IMG/VR virus record: IMGVR_UViG_3300044557_000107 | Span: 75,821-139,820 of that record | Length of the DNA stretch: 64,000 nucleotides | Direction: 5' to 3' (one strand) | Source of the DNA: a virus | Taxonomy: Duplodnaviria; Caudoviricetes | Shown: one piece after another, positions 19,669 through 28,100 of the stretch | Layout of the letters: every line of letters begins with the position of its first letter | Numbering within the stretch: position 1 is the stretch's first letter | Position numbers and translations under genes: made by a program | Notes under the pieces: generated by a model | Seen by the model: only the letters and a program-made list of their open reading frames with translations | Told to the model about the DNA's origin: nothing | Database searches by the model: none

Positions 19669-21624
19669 TTAAAAAAGTAACTTACTAATATCTTTAGTTT
19701 CAAAAGCTTCCCGCAAAGGTGTTTTGGTGGGAGTAACTGATGCTTCCGTATTGTTTGCATTAAGCACATCAAACTCAAAGGTTCCTCCAGCATCTAACTG
19801 GTTTTTAAGATAGTCTAATCCTAAAATGCAATATACCATTGATTGAACATAGTGGTCGGCGCCTTTTCTTGAGATAGATTCACGATACTCGCCGCTTTTA
19901 TCTTCAACGTCTTGAATAATAACATTATCAAAATGCTTAATTAATTTATCTACTTCTTTTCCTGTAGGGAATCCTACTTTACCTTGTTTAATTAAGCTTA
20001 CCAGTCGTTTGTTTTGCACCAGTTTATCCACAACTACAATTCGTTTATTCTCATTAAATGATGGTTCAATTTGTTGACTAGCTGTAATAAGTCCACTTGT
20101 AGGAGACGTTGAGTACCTGCAACCAAAGACTCGATTACGACCGTAAACATCCATAAGGTCAATAATCTTGTTACCAGCGTCCCCCACATCGGCCACTACC
20201 ATATCTGGATTATATTGATTGAAAAGTAATCGAATTGCTTGAATGTCACGATCCACTTGAGAACTATCTGTGGCTCCATTATTAGCAACCTGTGTTAGAT
20301 TTAATACATCCATTGCTCCGTTAGACTTGAGCCCCATTACAACAATTGAGTGTTTTTGATTACCCCAGTCAATTCCCATGGTACATAGAGAATAGTCTGT
20401 ACTATCTTCTTTGGGGTCCTTGAAACGAGTATTTCGTTTAATATCTGCCGCAGTTACTTTGGTTTTAGCATCTTCGTAAGGAAACCCAAGGTCATAGTTA
20501 TAGAAGGCTTGCTTACTCTTTGATTGAAGTTCGGCCATTTTAAGATCGTCAGCAGATACCCATACAGCATTCATTTGGCTAATAAAGTATCCTCGTGATT
20601 GGTAGCTTCGACTAGGGTACTTGCAAATCCAATGACCATTATACCAACGGTCTAAAGGACGTCCACATTTACTACATACATATTGGTAAGAACCTGGAGT
20701 AATAATACCCGACATAAGGTCAATTCCATCTTTGTTGACGAGACGGATGTTACCGCCAGCCTGAATACTAGAAGGGTCATAGTCCTCATAACTTAGAATG
20801 TTATCATAGCCGCAATGCGTACATTTATGAGCATAGTACCATTGATCTGTAAGCCCAAATTCGTAAGCAATTCCCCGCCCAGGAACCGATGGAGTACTCC
20901 ATAAATTAAGTCGGTTAAACTTACTAGACTTTAAACTGTTTTGGGCACTACTATAAGCGGCTGGAGTTACTCGATCAAATTCATCTAAAGAGAGATAGTC
21001 TACGGCAATAGATTCCAAACTCTTTGGAGAACTACTAGAAGCAAAGGTAATAAAGGAATTTCTAATCTTTTTTACTTGCTGGTTATCTGTATTCTTATCT
21101 TGTATCTGACCGTAGTACCCGTAGGCAAGTTCTGTATCTAGACGCATTTTAGTCCACTTTTGAAGTAAATTGTTTGTAGGAAAACTGTACAGACAGGCAA
21201 CCCCATTATTATTATGTGTGTCTGCAAAATTGATCATTTTGGCCACCCCAACTTCGGTAAGTCCAAGTTGACGGCTCTTCTCAATTACTAGCTTATCCGA
21301 CTGATCATCTAAAATCTGTTTTTGCCAGGGACGATGCATTAGTGCTCGGTTAGGGTCTCTATTGGGGACTGAAAGAACAAACGGAGTTCCACCTTTAAGT
21401 GTATGGTGTCTTAACGTATAATTAGAAGGAGCAATAAAGTCTAGCGTATAAGCAAGCTGTTCTTCAGAAACACTTTTAAGAGGCTCATCTTCCGTAGCAA
21501 ACATGAGATTCATAATTTCATGAATTTCTTTACCAGAGTATCCGTTATCGCCATAAAGAAGGCCGTTAACTGGATTAGGGGCTTCCCACATACCATCTTT
21601 TGTGTTACTTGTATTATTTTCCAT
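19669..21624 (-). CDS. terL: Terminase large subunit (uninterrupted)
   Basis: Walker A-like KSRQLGLTE, Walker B LSLDEFD, STP motif, C-terminal nuclease GIDWG...DH. Confidence 0.93.
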   Translation of the reverse strand: MENNTSNTKDGMWEAPNPVNGLLYGDNGYSGKEIHEIMNLMFATEDEPLKSVSEEQLAYTLDFIAPSNYTLRHHTLKGGTPFVLSVPNRDPNRALMHRPWQKQILDDQSDKLVIEKSRQLGLTEVGVAKMINFADTHNNNGVACLYSFPTNNLLQKWTKMRLDTELAYGYYGQIQDKNTDNQQVKKIRNSFITFASSSSPKSLESIAVDYLSLDEFDRVTPAAYSSAQNSLKSSKFNRLNLWSTPSVPGRGIAYEFGLTDQWYYAHKCTHCGYDNILSYEDYDPSSIQAGGNIRLVNKDGIDLMSGIITPGSYQYVCSKCGRPLDRWYNGHWICKYPSRSYQSRGYFISQMNAVWVSADDLKMAELQSKSKQAFYNYDLGFPYEDAKTKVTAADIKRNTRFKDPKEDSTDYSLCTMGIDWGNQKHSIVVMGLKSNGAMDVLNLTQVANNGATDSSQVDRDIQAIRLLFNQYNPDMVVADVGDAGNKIIDLMDVYGRNRVFGCRYSTSPTSGLITASQQIEPSFNENKRIVVVDKLVQNKRLVSLIKQGKVGFPTGKEVDKLIKHFDNVIIQDVEDKSGEYRESISRKGADHYVQSMVYCILGLDYLKNQLDAGGTFEFDVLNANNTEASVTPTKTPLREAFETKDISKLLF

Positions 21625-21641
21625 AAATTATTTCAAACCCT

Positions 21642-22091
21642 CTATTCATTATAATCATCTAAGTTATCTTGGTTAATTGATTCTCCCCGGTCTTTAAGGA
21701 GACTATTAACATCGTCTTTAGTTAGACTATCAATGTCTTCTACATTAATAACTTTTTCTTCGTGAATATTACCTTGAATATCCGTAGTATTTTTACGATG
21801 TACTTTAACGTGCTTTTCTAGGGATAATTCTTGATTAACGGTTAATGCAGGTATTTTACCAGAAGACTCTTCGGAATTAACTGATATTTCATTAATGTCT
21901 AAGAACATATTGTAAAGATCTTTATAATCTCGAACGGTATCCACTGTAAAGGTACCATCATCGACTTTTTTAAGAAAGCCTTCCATAAGCCGCATGGCCC
22001 CTTTATTAAAGTTCTGGGCTAGTTTCTTCTTAGCTTTCTTATTACTTTCTTGCTCTTCAGTAAGAGCTTTTATGTTACTAGCGACACCCAA
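21642..22091 (-). CDS. Probable terminase small subunit
   Basis: 149 aa immediately upstream of terL (synteny only). Confidence 0.5.
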   Translation of the reverse strand: MGVASNIKALTEEQESNKKAKKKLAQNFNKGAMRLMEGFLKKVDDGTFTVDTVRDYKDLYNMFLDINEISVNSEESSGKIPALTVNQELSLEKHVKVHRKNTTDIQGNIHEEKVINVEDIDSLTKDDVNSLLKDRGESINQDNLDDYNE

Positions 22092-22097
22092 AAGTTA

Positions 22098-22373
22098 TCA
22101 TTCCTTTCTACTATGATTTTTGCAACTTCTAATATCCTTACAAATACATACAGGAATCCCCCATGTATTATTAAACTTATAATGGGATATAATAGTTATA
22201 AATTTATCCGTGCGTATGTTATACTTAACTAATAAACGCCCACAAACAGCACAGTACCGGGTTTCTTTAGGGCGCTTATCATTTTTATTAAATTGGTATC
22301 GATGTGTGTTCCGGTTAATAAAGAAAAGCAATTTACGTTTATTTTTTATGCTGTTTACTGACATTGTTCTCAA
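22098..22373 (-). CDS. Small Cys-containing (Zn-binding) protein
   Basis: CAVCGR...ICKD..SC. Confidence 0.6.
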   Translation of the reverse strand: MRTMSVNSIKNKRKLLFFINRNTHRYQFNKNDKRPKETRYCAVCGRLLVKYNIRTDKFITIISHYKFNNTWGIPVCICKDIRSCKNHSRKE

Positions 22374-22707
22374 TCTTGCTTTCTCGGTCGTTATACGACT
22401 TAATTTCTTCTGCGGTCATATTCATTTTCTCAAACATAGTTTCCTTAAGAAGTTCTAAGCGGAGTTCCCACTGTAGAAGACGAATACCTGTAATTTCAAT
22501 AATGATTTGGTTTCGTCTATTTTTGTGGAAATCATATATTTGAAAGACTAATACGATAGTAATTACATTGGCTAGCACATAAATGGATTGATACACCGGA
22601 GTTCTACTTATTTCTAACGATATAAACTGTGATATAAAATAAAAAGATACTACAACAAGTTCTACTAATCCTAGCTTATATAAAGTGTCTTTATAACGTT
22701 TAAACAC
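22339..22707 (-). CDS. Membrane protein (2 TM)
   Basis: Two hydrophobic helices; late-promoter motif upstream. Confidence 0.6.
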   Translation of the reverse strand: MFKRYKDTLYKLGLVELVVVSFYFISQFISLEISRTPVYQSIYVLANVITIVLVFQIYDFHKNRRNQIIIEITGIRLLQWELRLELLKETMFEKMNMTAEEIKSYNDRESKIENNVSKQHKK

Positions 22708-22795
22708 ATATATTCAACTACCTTTATTTAATATTTTCGTCTAGTTTCAGTAATAATATAGGTTTTGCGAGGATAACTACATTATTATTGAAATA

Positions 22796-23125
22796 ATGAT
22801 TAGGTGGTTTTGTGGTATGAATAAGGAGGACCTGCACGATAGCGCATCTAATGAAGTTTTGGAAGAAAGAATTAAAGAACTGTTTCACCAGTTAAACGAG
22901 CAAAAGGAAAAGTCAAATAGACTAGAAGAACGTTTAAGAGATTTAGAAATGGTTCGGGGGGCTCAACAGGATTTAAAAGAAAGAATTCAAAGAACCTCAA
23001 GGATGCTTCAAGAGCTCAAAGAGCAAACAGAAAATGAACGTAAAACAAAATGGTATGATCTTAAACAAATAGGGCTAGTAGTTGTTGGTGCTATTTTAAG
23101 TTATGTCTTTAGTAAATTAAATTAG
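22796..23125 (+). CDS. Coiled-coil protein with C-terminal TM (XhlA/holin-like)
   Basis: Heptad coiled coil followed by IGLVVVGAILSYVF. Confidence 0.5.
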   Translation: MIRWFCGMNKEDLHDSASNEVLEERIKELFHQLNEQKEKSNRLEERLRDLEMVRGAQQDLKERIQRTSRMLQELKEQTENERKTKWYDLKQIGLVVVGAILSYVFSKLN

Positions 23126-23134
23126 AAAGTGTGA

Positions 23135-23527
23135 GTGTTTATGTATTTGTTACCCGCAAATGGAAAAGAGAAAGTTATTGAAGTAAATCTTAGTGATGGA
23201 ACACAAGCATATGTTTATGGGAAATTATTAGGTAACCGTCTACAGGATCCACATGATATTGTTACAGGATCTAATAAAGGCTATGCTAATGGGTTCTATG
23301 TAAAGGCATTTAAAACGAATGCTCGTACAGGGGATCCTATTGAAATTAATACTATGCAGATTACGTCTTTTATAGTAACATCAGTGGATCTTCCAAATAA
23401 CATTGTCACTTATATTGCTACTATTCGCGATTATGATGCTAAAGTTTCTAAAGGAGAAACTCCTGAAGATACTGAGACAGCTTCTTATAATGAAGCAATT
23501 TCGTATATTAATACGTATTTTAACTAG
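23135..23527 (+). CDS. Hypothetical protein
   Basis: 130-aa ORF followed by terminator. Confidence 0.6.
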   Translation: MFMYLLPANGKEKVIEVNLSDGTQAYVYGKLLGNRLQDPHDIVTGSNKGYANGFYVKAFKTNARTGDPIEINTMQITSFIVTSVDLPNNIVTYIATIRDYDAKVSKGETPEDTETASYNEAISYINTYFN

Positions 23528-23536
23528 AAATACTAA

Positions 23537-23564
23537 AGGAGTTCCTAAAAAGGGGCTCTTTTTT
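23537..23564 (+). terminator. Intrinsic terminator
   Basis: GGAGTTCCT-aaaa-AGGGGCTCT then TTTTT. Confidence 0.65.
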
Positions 23565-23617
23565 AGTATAATTAAATAGCAACAGCTATATTATACATGT
23601 AAGGTGGTGAAAATGGC

Positions 23618-24451
23618 TTGAAAGGCGAAAATTTAGTAAATAAAGCAATTAAAAAGGTCTATGATGACCACGAAAACGATACAGACTTACAGTTAATTAA
23701 GCTACCGTTTTTAGAGGGGCTTTCAGGGCATCAAGGATTAAATTATGCCTATGTAAAGAATCATAATAAAGAAATTACAAACAGAAATAAGCTATCTATT
23801 GAGTTTTTAGGATTTAAGTCTTTTGAAGATATGTATTTACTAGCAGTAAGCAATGAAAACGAATCGCATAAAGGGACTCCAGTAACTATTCCATATTTTA
23901 AAAGTACCTTAGACTTAGTAGTTCCCGAAGAAACATATAAAGCAACTATGGGGAATAGCATGAGTGTCCAGGAAAAGGACCACAGCAAAACACATTCCGA
24001 TGATGAATCCTTAATTCCTACGGAGGTCTCTGATAGTATCAGCTTAGAATTTACAGGAGAGTCTGAAAATCGTTTAGTTACTCTTCCTAACTACCAAGAT
24101 TCTAAATGGAACACCCAAGGAATGATAAGCAAGGCTAAGGGTACCCAATATTTAGTTTACTATAGAAATAGTGTTCCTTGTGGAATAGTTTCTCTAGTTA
24201 ATCAGGACGCAGATTATATTGTAAGTGGCTGGAGTACCAAAGATAACTTAGAAATACGGATCATCAGTGACTTAGTAGTAAAAGCTATCAAAAATCAATT
24301 TAAAGTTATTTTAAACGCCAAACTATTTTCTGATAAGGTGCCACCATTCTTAATAGGAATGGGGTATACGAAACAGAGTGATGATATTTATGTGTATTCC
24401 GGTGAGAACTTTCCAGAGTACTTAAAGGTGGTAATAGATAATGTATTTTAG
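23618..24451 (+). CDS. Hypothetical protein
   Basis: 277-aa ORF; CTATATTAT motif at 23586 and AAGGTGG RBS. Confidence 0.6.
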   Translation: MKGENLVNKAIKKVYDDHENDTDLQLIKLPFLEGLSGHQGLNYAYVKNHNKEITNRNKLSIEFLGFKSFEDMYLLAVSNENESHKGTPVTIPYFKSTLDLVVPEETYKATMGNSMSVQEKDHSKTHSDDESLIPTEVSDSISLEFTGESENRLVTLPNYQDSKWNTQGMISKAKGTQYLVYYRNSVPCGIVSLVNQDADYIVSGWSTKDNLEIRIISDLVVKAIKNQFKVILNAKLFSDKVPPFLIGMGYTKQSDDIYVYSGENFPEYLKVVIDNVF

Positions 24452-24602
24452 CTTTATGATGATAATGATAGGAATACTAATTTTAGCCACGATTGCTATA
24501 GCAACGCTAATGACCAGTTGGTACTGGGAAGCTAAAATGAAAGAATACAAGAAAAAGGTCCACAAATTAGCCTACACAATTACAAAGGAAAGACAGGTAT
24601 AA
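24441..24602 (+). CDS. Small membrane protein (not in ORF track)
   Basis: AAGGTGG RBS; MYFSFMMIMIGILILATIAIATLMTSWYWEAKMKEYKKK... 53 aa. Confidence 0.6.
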   Translation: MYFSFMMIMIGILILATIAIATLMTSWYWEAKMKEYKKKVHKLAYTITKERQV

Positions 24603-24607
24603 TAAAA

Positions 24608-25141
24608 GTGAAATTAGAAGATATTAGGATTGACGCGTATTTAGCAAAGTATGGAGAAACGATGCCATCTATTGGGCATATTATAAAATCAAAGCCACGT
24701 AAACGGGAAGTAAAGCTACTTTCACACTTACTTTTAAATAATATGAAGAATCTCCTTCGGGAATATAATTTTCAATATACAGGCGTCCCGTCACAAATGG
24801 GATACGCAGTCACTTTTGTCTGTGGAAAGCCTTGCTATGATGACGGAGAAGAAGCCTCTATTCTAAGTATGAGTAAGTTTGCTAAAGGATTTGGTATTAA
24901 AGAAGAGGATCTTGGAAAAGAACTAGAAAAAGAAATTAAGCAAGGTGGTTTGAAGTTGGGGGATACTGTGTTAGTATCTACTATGGTAGGACCTTTTGAA
25001 ATGGACCCGAGTGGAACTCAAGGACAGACAGTTGTTCGAGTTTTCGTTCAAGACAAATCCGAGTACCTAGAACAACAGGAAAAACAACAAAGGATCCAGC
25101 AAGCAGTAGACGCGGCTAAGAACACAGAAAGTGGGGAATAA
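24608..25141 (+). CDS. Hypothetical protein
   Basis: 177-aa ORF in operon. Confidence 0.6.
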   Translation: MKLEDIRIDAYLAKYGETMPSIGHIIKSKPRKREVKLLSHLLLNNMKNLLREYNFQYTGVPSQMGYAVTFVCGKPCYDDGEEASILSMSKFAKGFGIKEEDLGKELEKEIKQGGLKLGDTVLVSTMVGPFEMDPSGTQGQTVVRVFVQDKSEYLEQQEKQQRIQQAVDAAKNTESGE

Positions 25142-25144
25142 ATA

Positions 25145-25651
25145 GTGGCTCAAGAAACTTTAGATAATGCTAATAAATATGAAATGCAACATCTAGCATA
25201 CATCAATGTGCTTTCAGACCTACATCGAAGCTATCAGAATCATAAGGATGAAGAAGTTACTTTTAAGAACAGTGACGGGGAAGTCACGGGTAAAGTTCCT
25301 AAGGAGATTAAGCTAGTCTATCCCTTTAAGGAAAGCTTAGTTAATAGTTTAAGTGGCGAATACGATAGTCAGACAGCGTACTATAGTTCTTCTTTGATTA
25401 CGATCTTTCGGATGCTTTCTGATGAACTTCCATGGTTATCTTTTAGTCTAAATAGTGTTAAAGAAAAGGTCTATGATACTAAAGCAGAAGCTACCGAAAC
25501 TAGTCGGGAAGTTGAAGAAAATGGAGATACCGTAGTGTCTTACTCTAAGCCATTTCGAGAGATCCCAACAATTAACTTAGAAGCTCGGTTTAACAACAGT
25601 AGTTATGACGAGCAAGCTATCAAGCGAGTTCTGAAAGACTTCAAAGAATAA
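25145..25651 (+). CDS. Hypothetical protein
   Basis: 168-aa ORF in operon. Confidence 0.6.
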   Translation: MAQETLDNANKYEMQHLAYINVLSDLHRSYQNHKDEEVTFKNSDGEVTGKVPKEIKLVYPFKESLVNSLSGEYDSQTAYYSSSLITIFRMLSDELPWLSFSLNSVKEKVYDTKAEATETSREVEENGDTVVSYSKPFREIPTINLEARFNNSSYDEQAIKRVLKDFKE

Positions 25652-25654
25652 TAT

Positions 25655-25693
25655 TGTAACACTACTGTAATACTTCTGTTAAGGTTATGTCAT
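25655..25693 (+). promoter_or_regulatory. WalR(YycF)-type direct-repeat operator array
   Basis: TGTAAC-N5-TGTAAT-N5-TGTTAA-N5-TGTCAT against consensus TGTWAH-N5-TGTWAH; extended -10 TG-G-TATATT follows. Confidence 0.65.
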
Positions 25694-25823
25694 AATCATG
25701 TGGTATATTATATTCGTAAAGTAAATTAACAGTTTGCCTTACGAATATAAACTAGGAAGGGCTTCTTCGGTGTAGGAACCTTACGTAATGTAAAGCAATT
25801 ATCGGCTAAGAAGCACATTATTT

Positions 25824-26513
25824 ATGACTATTAAGAAAAATCTTGGAGTTACTTTGATGACCTTTGGTGCAACTTTAGCACTAGGACTGGGAGTTAGCTC
25901 ACAAGTACACGCAGATACTCAAGTGAATGCAAATACGATTAAAGTTACTCAGGGTGATACACTAGGTGCTATTGCTAAAGAACATGATACGACTGTAGCG
26001 TCTTTAGCTAACGCTAATGGACTAGCTAACGAGAATTTGATTTATGTAGGAGACCAATTAACACTGCCAACTACGGGGACTTATCAAGTAACTGCTAGTG
26101 TCCCACATAAGAATGCTACAAATAGTACCTATAAAATGCCTACTTCAGGTAATGCAAGTAACAGTGTAAGCACATCAAATAGTTCAAGCAATACCACAGA
26201 AACTACAGCAGGCAGTCAAACATCAAGTACATCTAGTTCCGTAGCTACGCCTACAAGTACTACAACAGCATCAACTAGCACTGTAAGTGCTGAACAAAGT
26301 GCTAAGGATTGGATTGCACAGAAGGAATCTGGAGGTTCTTATACAGCAAGCAATCCATCAGGAGCTTATGGAAAGTACCAGCTAATGAGCTATAACTTAA
26401 AGTGGGGTACTTCGATAGACGCCCAAGAACGTGCCGCCTCGGCGTATATTCATAGTCGATATGGTACATGGACGAATGCTAAAGCGTTCTGGATGCAACA
26501 CGGGTGGTACTAA
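25824..26513 (+). CDS. Secreted LysM protein with Apf-like (aggregation-promoting factor / lysozyme-like) C-terminus
   Basis: Signal peptide (VHA-D), LysM (V.QGDTL..IA...N.I.VG..L), S/T linker, AK.WIA.KESGGSY...YGKYQL...RYG.W..AKAFW..HGWY. Confidence 0.88.
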   Translation: MTIKKNLGVTLMTFGATLALGLGVSSQVHADTQVNANTIKVTQGDTLGAIAKEHDTTVASLANANGLANENLIYVGDQLTLPTTGTYQVTASVPHKNATNSTYKMPTSGNASNSVSTSNSSSNTTETTAGSQTSSTSSSVATPTSTTTASTSTVSAEQSAKDWIAQKESGGSYTASNPSGAYGKYQLMSYNLKWGTSIDAQERAASAYIHSRYGTWTNAKAFWMQHGWY

Positions 26514-26689
26514 TATATAACAGTTAGATAAAATTAGAGCCGTGTAGGTGGCACCTACAAAATGAATAAGGGAAGTCTGGTAGCTCTTTAAAACACTTCC
26601 AAGTGGTTATCCTCTGTGATTGGTGCTTATAAGCATTAAATGATAAGATATTTAGGGGACTTAGCACGGGTCTTCGCCCCACACAAAAC

Positions 26690-26760
26690 GCCTCTATAGT
26701 TCAATGGTAGAACACTAGTCTTGTAAACTAGGAATAGAAGTTCAATTCTTCTTAGAGGCA
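26690..26760 (+). tRNA. tRNA-Thr(UGU)
   Basis: Cloverleaf; anticodon arm CTAGT-ctTGTaa-ACTAG; GTTCAATTC T-loop. Confidence 0.85.
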
Positions 26761-26805
26761 TTATAGTATATAGTTTGTAGTGATAGATAGGGGGGTGGAA
26801 TCGCG

Positions 26806-26907
26806 TTGGACAGTATATCTGATGTAGCTTTAATTGCTTTGGTAGGGTTTCTAATTTACACAACTCATGTGTGGGCGTGGGCGTGGCTCCTAATATTTGT
26901 TCTTTAA
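26806..26907 (+). CDS. 33-aa hydrophobic peptide (not in ORF track)
   Basis: G-rich RBS, TTG start; MDSISDVALIALVGFLIYTTHVWAWAWLLIFVL. Confidence 0.55.
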   Translation: MDSISDVALIALVGFLIYTTHVWAWAWLLIFVL

Positions 26908-26926
26908 ATAGAGAGTAGGTGGTATA

Positions 26927-27052
26927 TTGGATAGAAACACGGCAGTCACCATATGGAACATCGGAGTCTTATGTTTCTCAGGATTCCTTGTACGGACCAC
27001 TAATAACCCATGGTGGGCGCTGATAGGATTACTAGCGTGTGCGCCATCATAA
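26927..27052 (+). CDS. 41-aa hydrophobic peptide, paralog of preceding ORF
   Basis: AGGTGG RBS, TTG start; MDRNTAVTIWNIGVLCFSGFLVRTTNNPWWALIGLLACAPS. Confidence 0.55.
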   Translation: MDRNTAVTIWNIGVLCFSGFLVRTTNNPWWALIGLLACAPS

Positions 27053-27070
27053 AATTATTCAAAATAAACG

Positions 27071-27285
27071 TTGACATTCTGTTTAACTACTAGTATACTA
27101 AGAACCATAAAGAACTTAGGTAACCATAGATGCGAAAACCAAGTATCTTAATAAGTTACTTAAGGATCTTTAAGTAAACTGGGCTGGGACAGCCCTTAGT
27201 AAATAGCTGTAACCTATAGATACTTTAGAGTATCCAAGTACGCAGTGTTCCTAGAAGCTCGTCACTTTAGTAACGAGCAGTTCAC
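27071..27285 (+). ncRNA. Orphan omega-RNA copy 1 with own sigma-A promoter (no tnpB)
   Basis: TTGACA-17-TATACT, 5' stem-loop, then GGGCTGGGACAGCCCTTAGTAAATAG...GTTCCTAGAAGC-hairpin-AGTTCAC homologous to scaffolds at 126-261 and 54246-54375. Confidence 0.8.
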
Positions 27286-27453
27286 TGCCCACCAGTACCT
27301 CCTGTCAAGGGTTATTGAAAACTGGTGTAAAACTAATATGTCGCGTCCAGTAATATGACTGGGGTGGGATGACTAAGGGTTGACACCTAACAAGACTGTC
27401 CGTTATCCTACATATTAGCAGGTAACCTTTGAGAGGCTTTGGGTTACCACAAT

Positions 27454-27541
27454 GGATAGGTACTCAAGTGGTTAAGAGGGTTGCTTGCTAAGCAATTAGG
27501 TCGTATAATGCGACGCGTGGGTTCGAATCCCACTCTATCCT
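27454..27541 (+). tRNA. tRNA-Ser(GCU)
   Basis: Cloverleaf with long variable arm; loop ttGCTaa; GGTTCGAATCC. Confidence 0.88.
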
Positions 27542-27572
27542 TTAAAATTATTAATAGGGAGGTGAATTGTAC

Positions 27573-27683
27573 ATGTACATGGAAGATGATAATATTAAGA
27601 TAGATCATAGTATTTTAGATACGGAATCGTGGTTAACCGATGAGGATATTTACAATATGTTCTTTGAGGAATCTATAAATTAA
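27573..27683 (+). CDS. Small acidic protein, 3' end altered by mini-element insertion
   Basis: GGAGGTG RBS; MYMEDDNIKIDHSILDTESWLTDEDIYNMFFEESIN*. Confidence 0.5.
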   Translation: MYMEDDNIKIDHSILDTESWLTDEDIYNMFFEESIN

Positions 27684-27921
27684 ATTTAAGAAAACATGTT
27701 ACTTTAGTTGACATTCTGTTAACTAGGGGTATACTAAAAACTATAAAGAACTTAGGTAACCATAGATGCGAAAACCAAGTATCTTAATAAGTTACTTAAG
27801 GATCTTTAAGTAAACTGGGCTGGGACAGCCCTTAGTAAATAGCTGTAACCTCTATGTGCTTTAGGGTACTCAAGCATGCAGTGTTCCTAGAAGCCCGTTA
27901 CTTTAGTAATGAGTAGTTCAC
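27677..27921 (+). mobile_element. tnpB-less IS605-derived mini-element carrying orphan omega-RNA copy 2
   Basis: Degenerate left-end hairpin (AAGAAAA-CATGTTAC-TTTA-GTTGACAT) after TCTAT, promoter TTGACA-16-TATACT, scaffold identical to copy 1 over ~100 nt, ends GTAGTTCAC. Confidence 0.72.
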
Positions 27922-27935
27922 GGAGGACATATAGT

Positions 27936-28091
27936 TTGAAATTAGATACGGATAAATTATGCCAGGCTATTGAAGATCTGGGATATACACCAGAGTTAAA
28001 CTATAGTAATCCCGGAATAGAAGTTGATGGGAAGCATATAGACTGGGAAGATATTGGAACAGTATTAGATGTAACTTCAAAAGTAGTATAA
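27936..28091 (+). CDS. Small hypothetical protein
   Basis: GGAGG RBS at 27922 then TTG; LKLDTDKLCQAIEDLGY... Confidence 0.55.
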   Translation: MKLDTDKLCQAIEDLGYTPELNYSNPGIEVDGKHIDWEDIGTVLDVTSKVV

Positions 28092-28100
28092 AACCAGCTT

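Noticed and set aside
19669-21624. Intron or intein in terminase, as is common in related phages
   Set aside because: Single continuous 651-aa ORF with no intein motifs seen.
26655-26681. GGGG...CCCCA mini-hairpin as a tRNA/tmRNA
   Set aside because: Only 27 nt, with no D, anticodon or T arms.
27011-27019. 8-nt complementarity of guide 1 to TGGTGGGC in the neighbouring micro-ORF
   Set aside because: Too short and no TAM on the appropriate strand.
27909-27935. ATG at 27909 as the start of the 60-aa ORF
   Set aside because: Lies inside the omega-RNA right-end hairpin; GGAGG plus TTG at 27936 is the better start.
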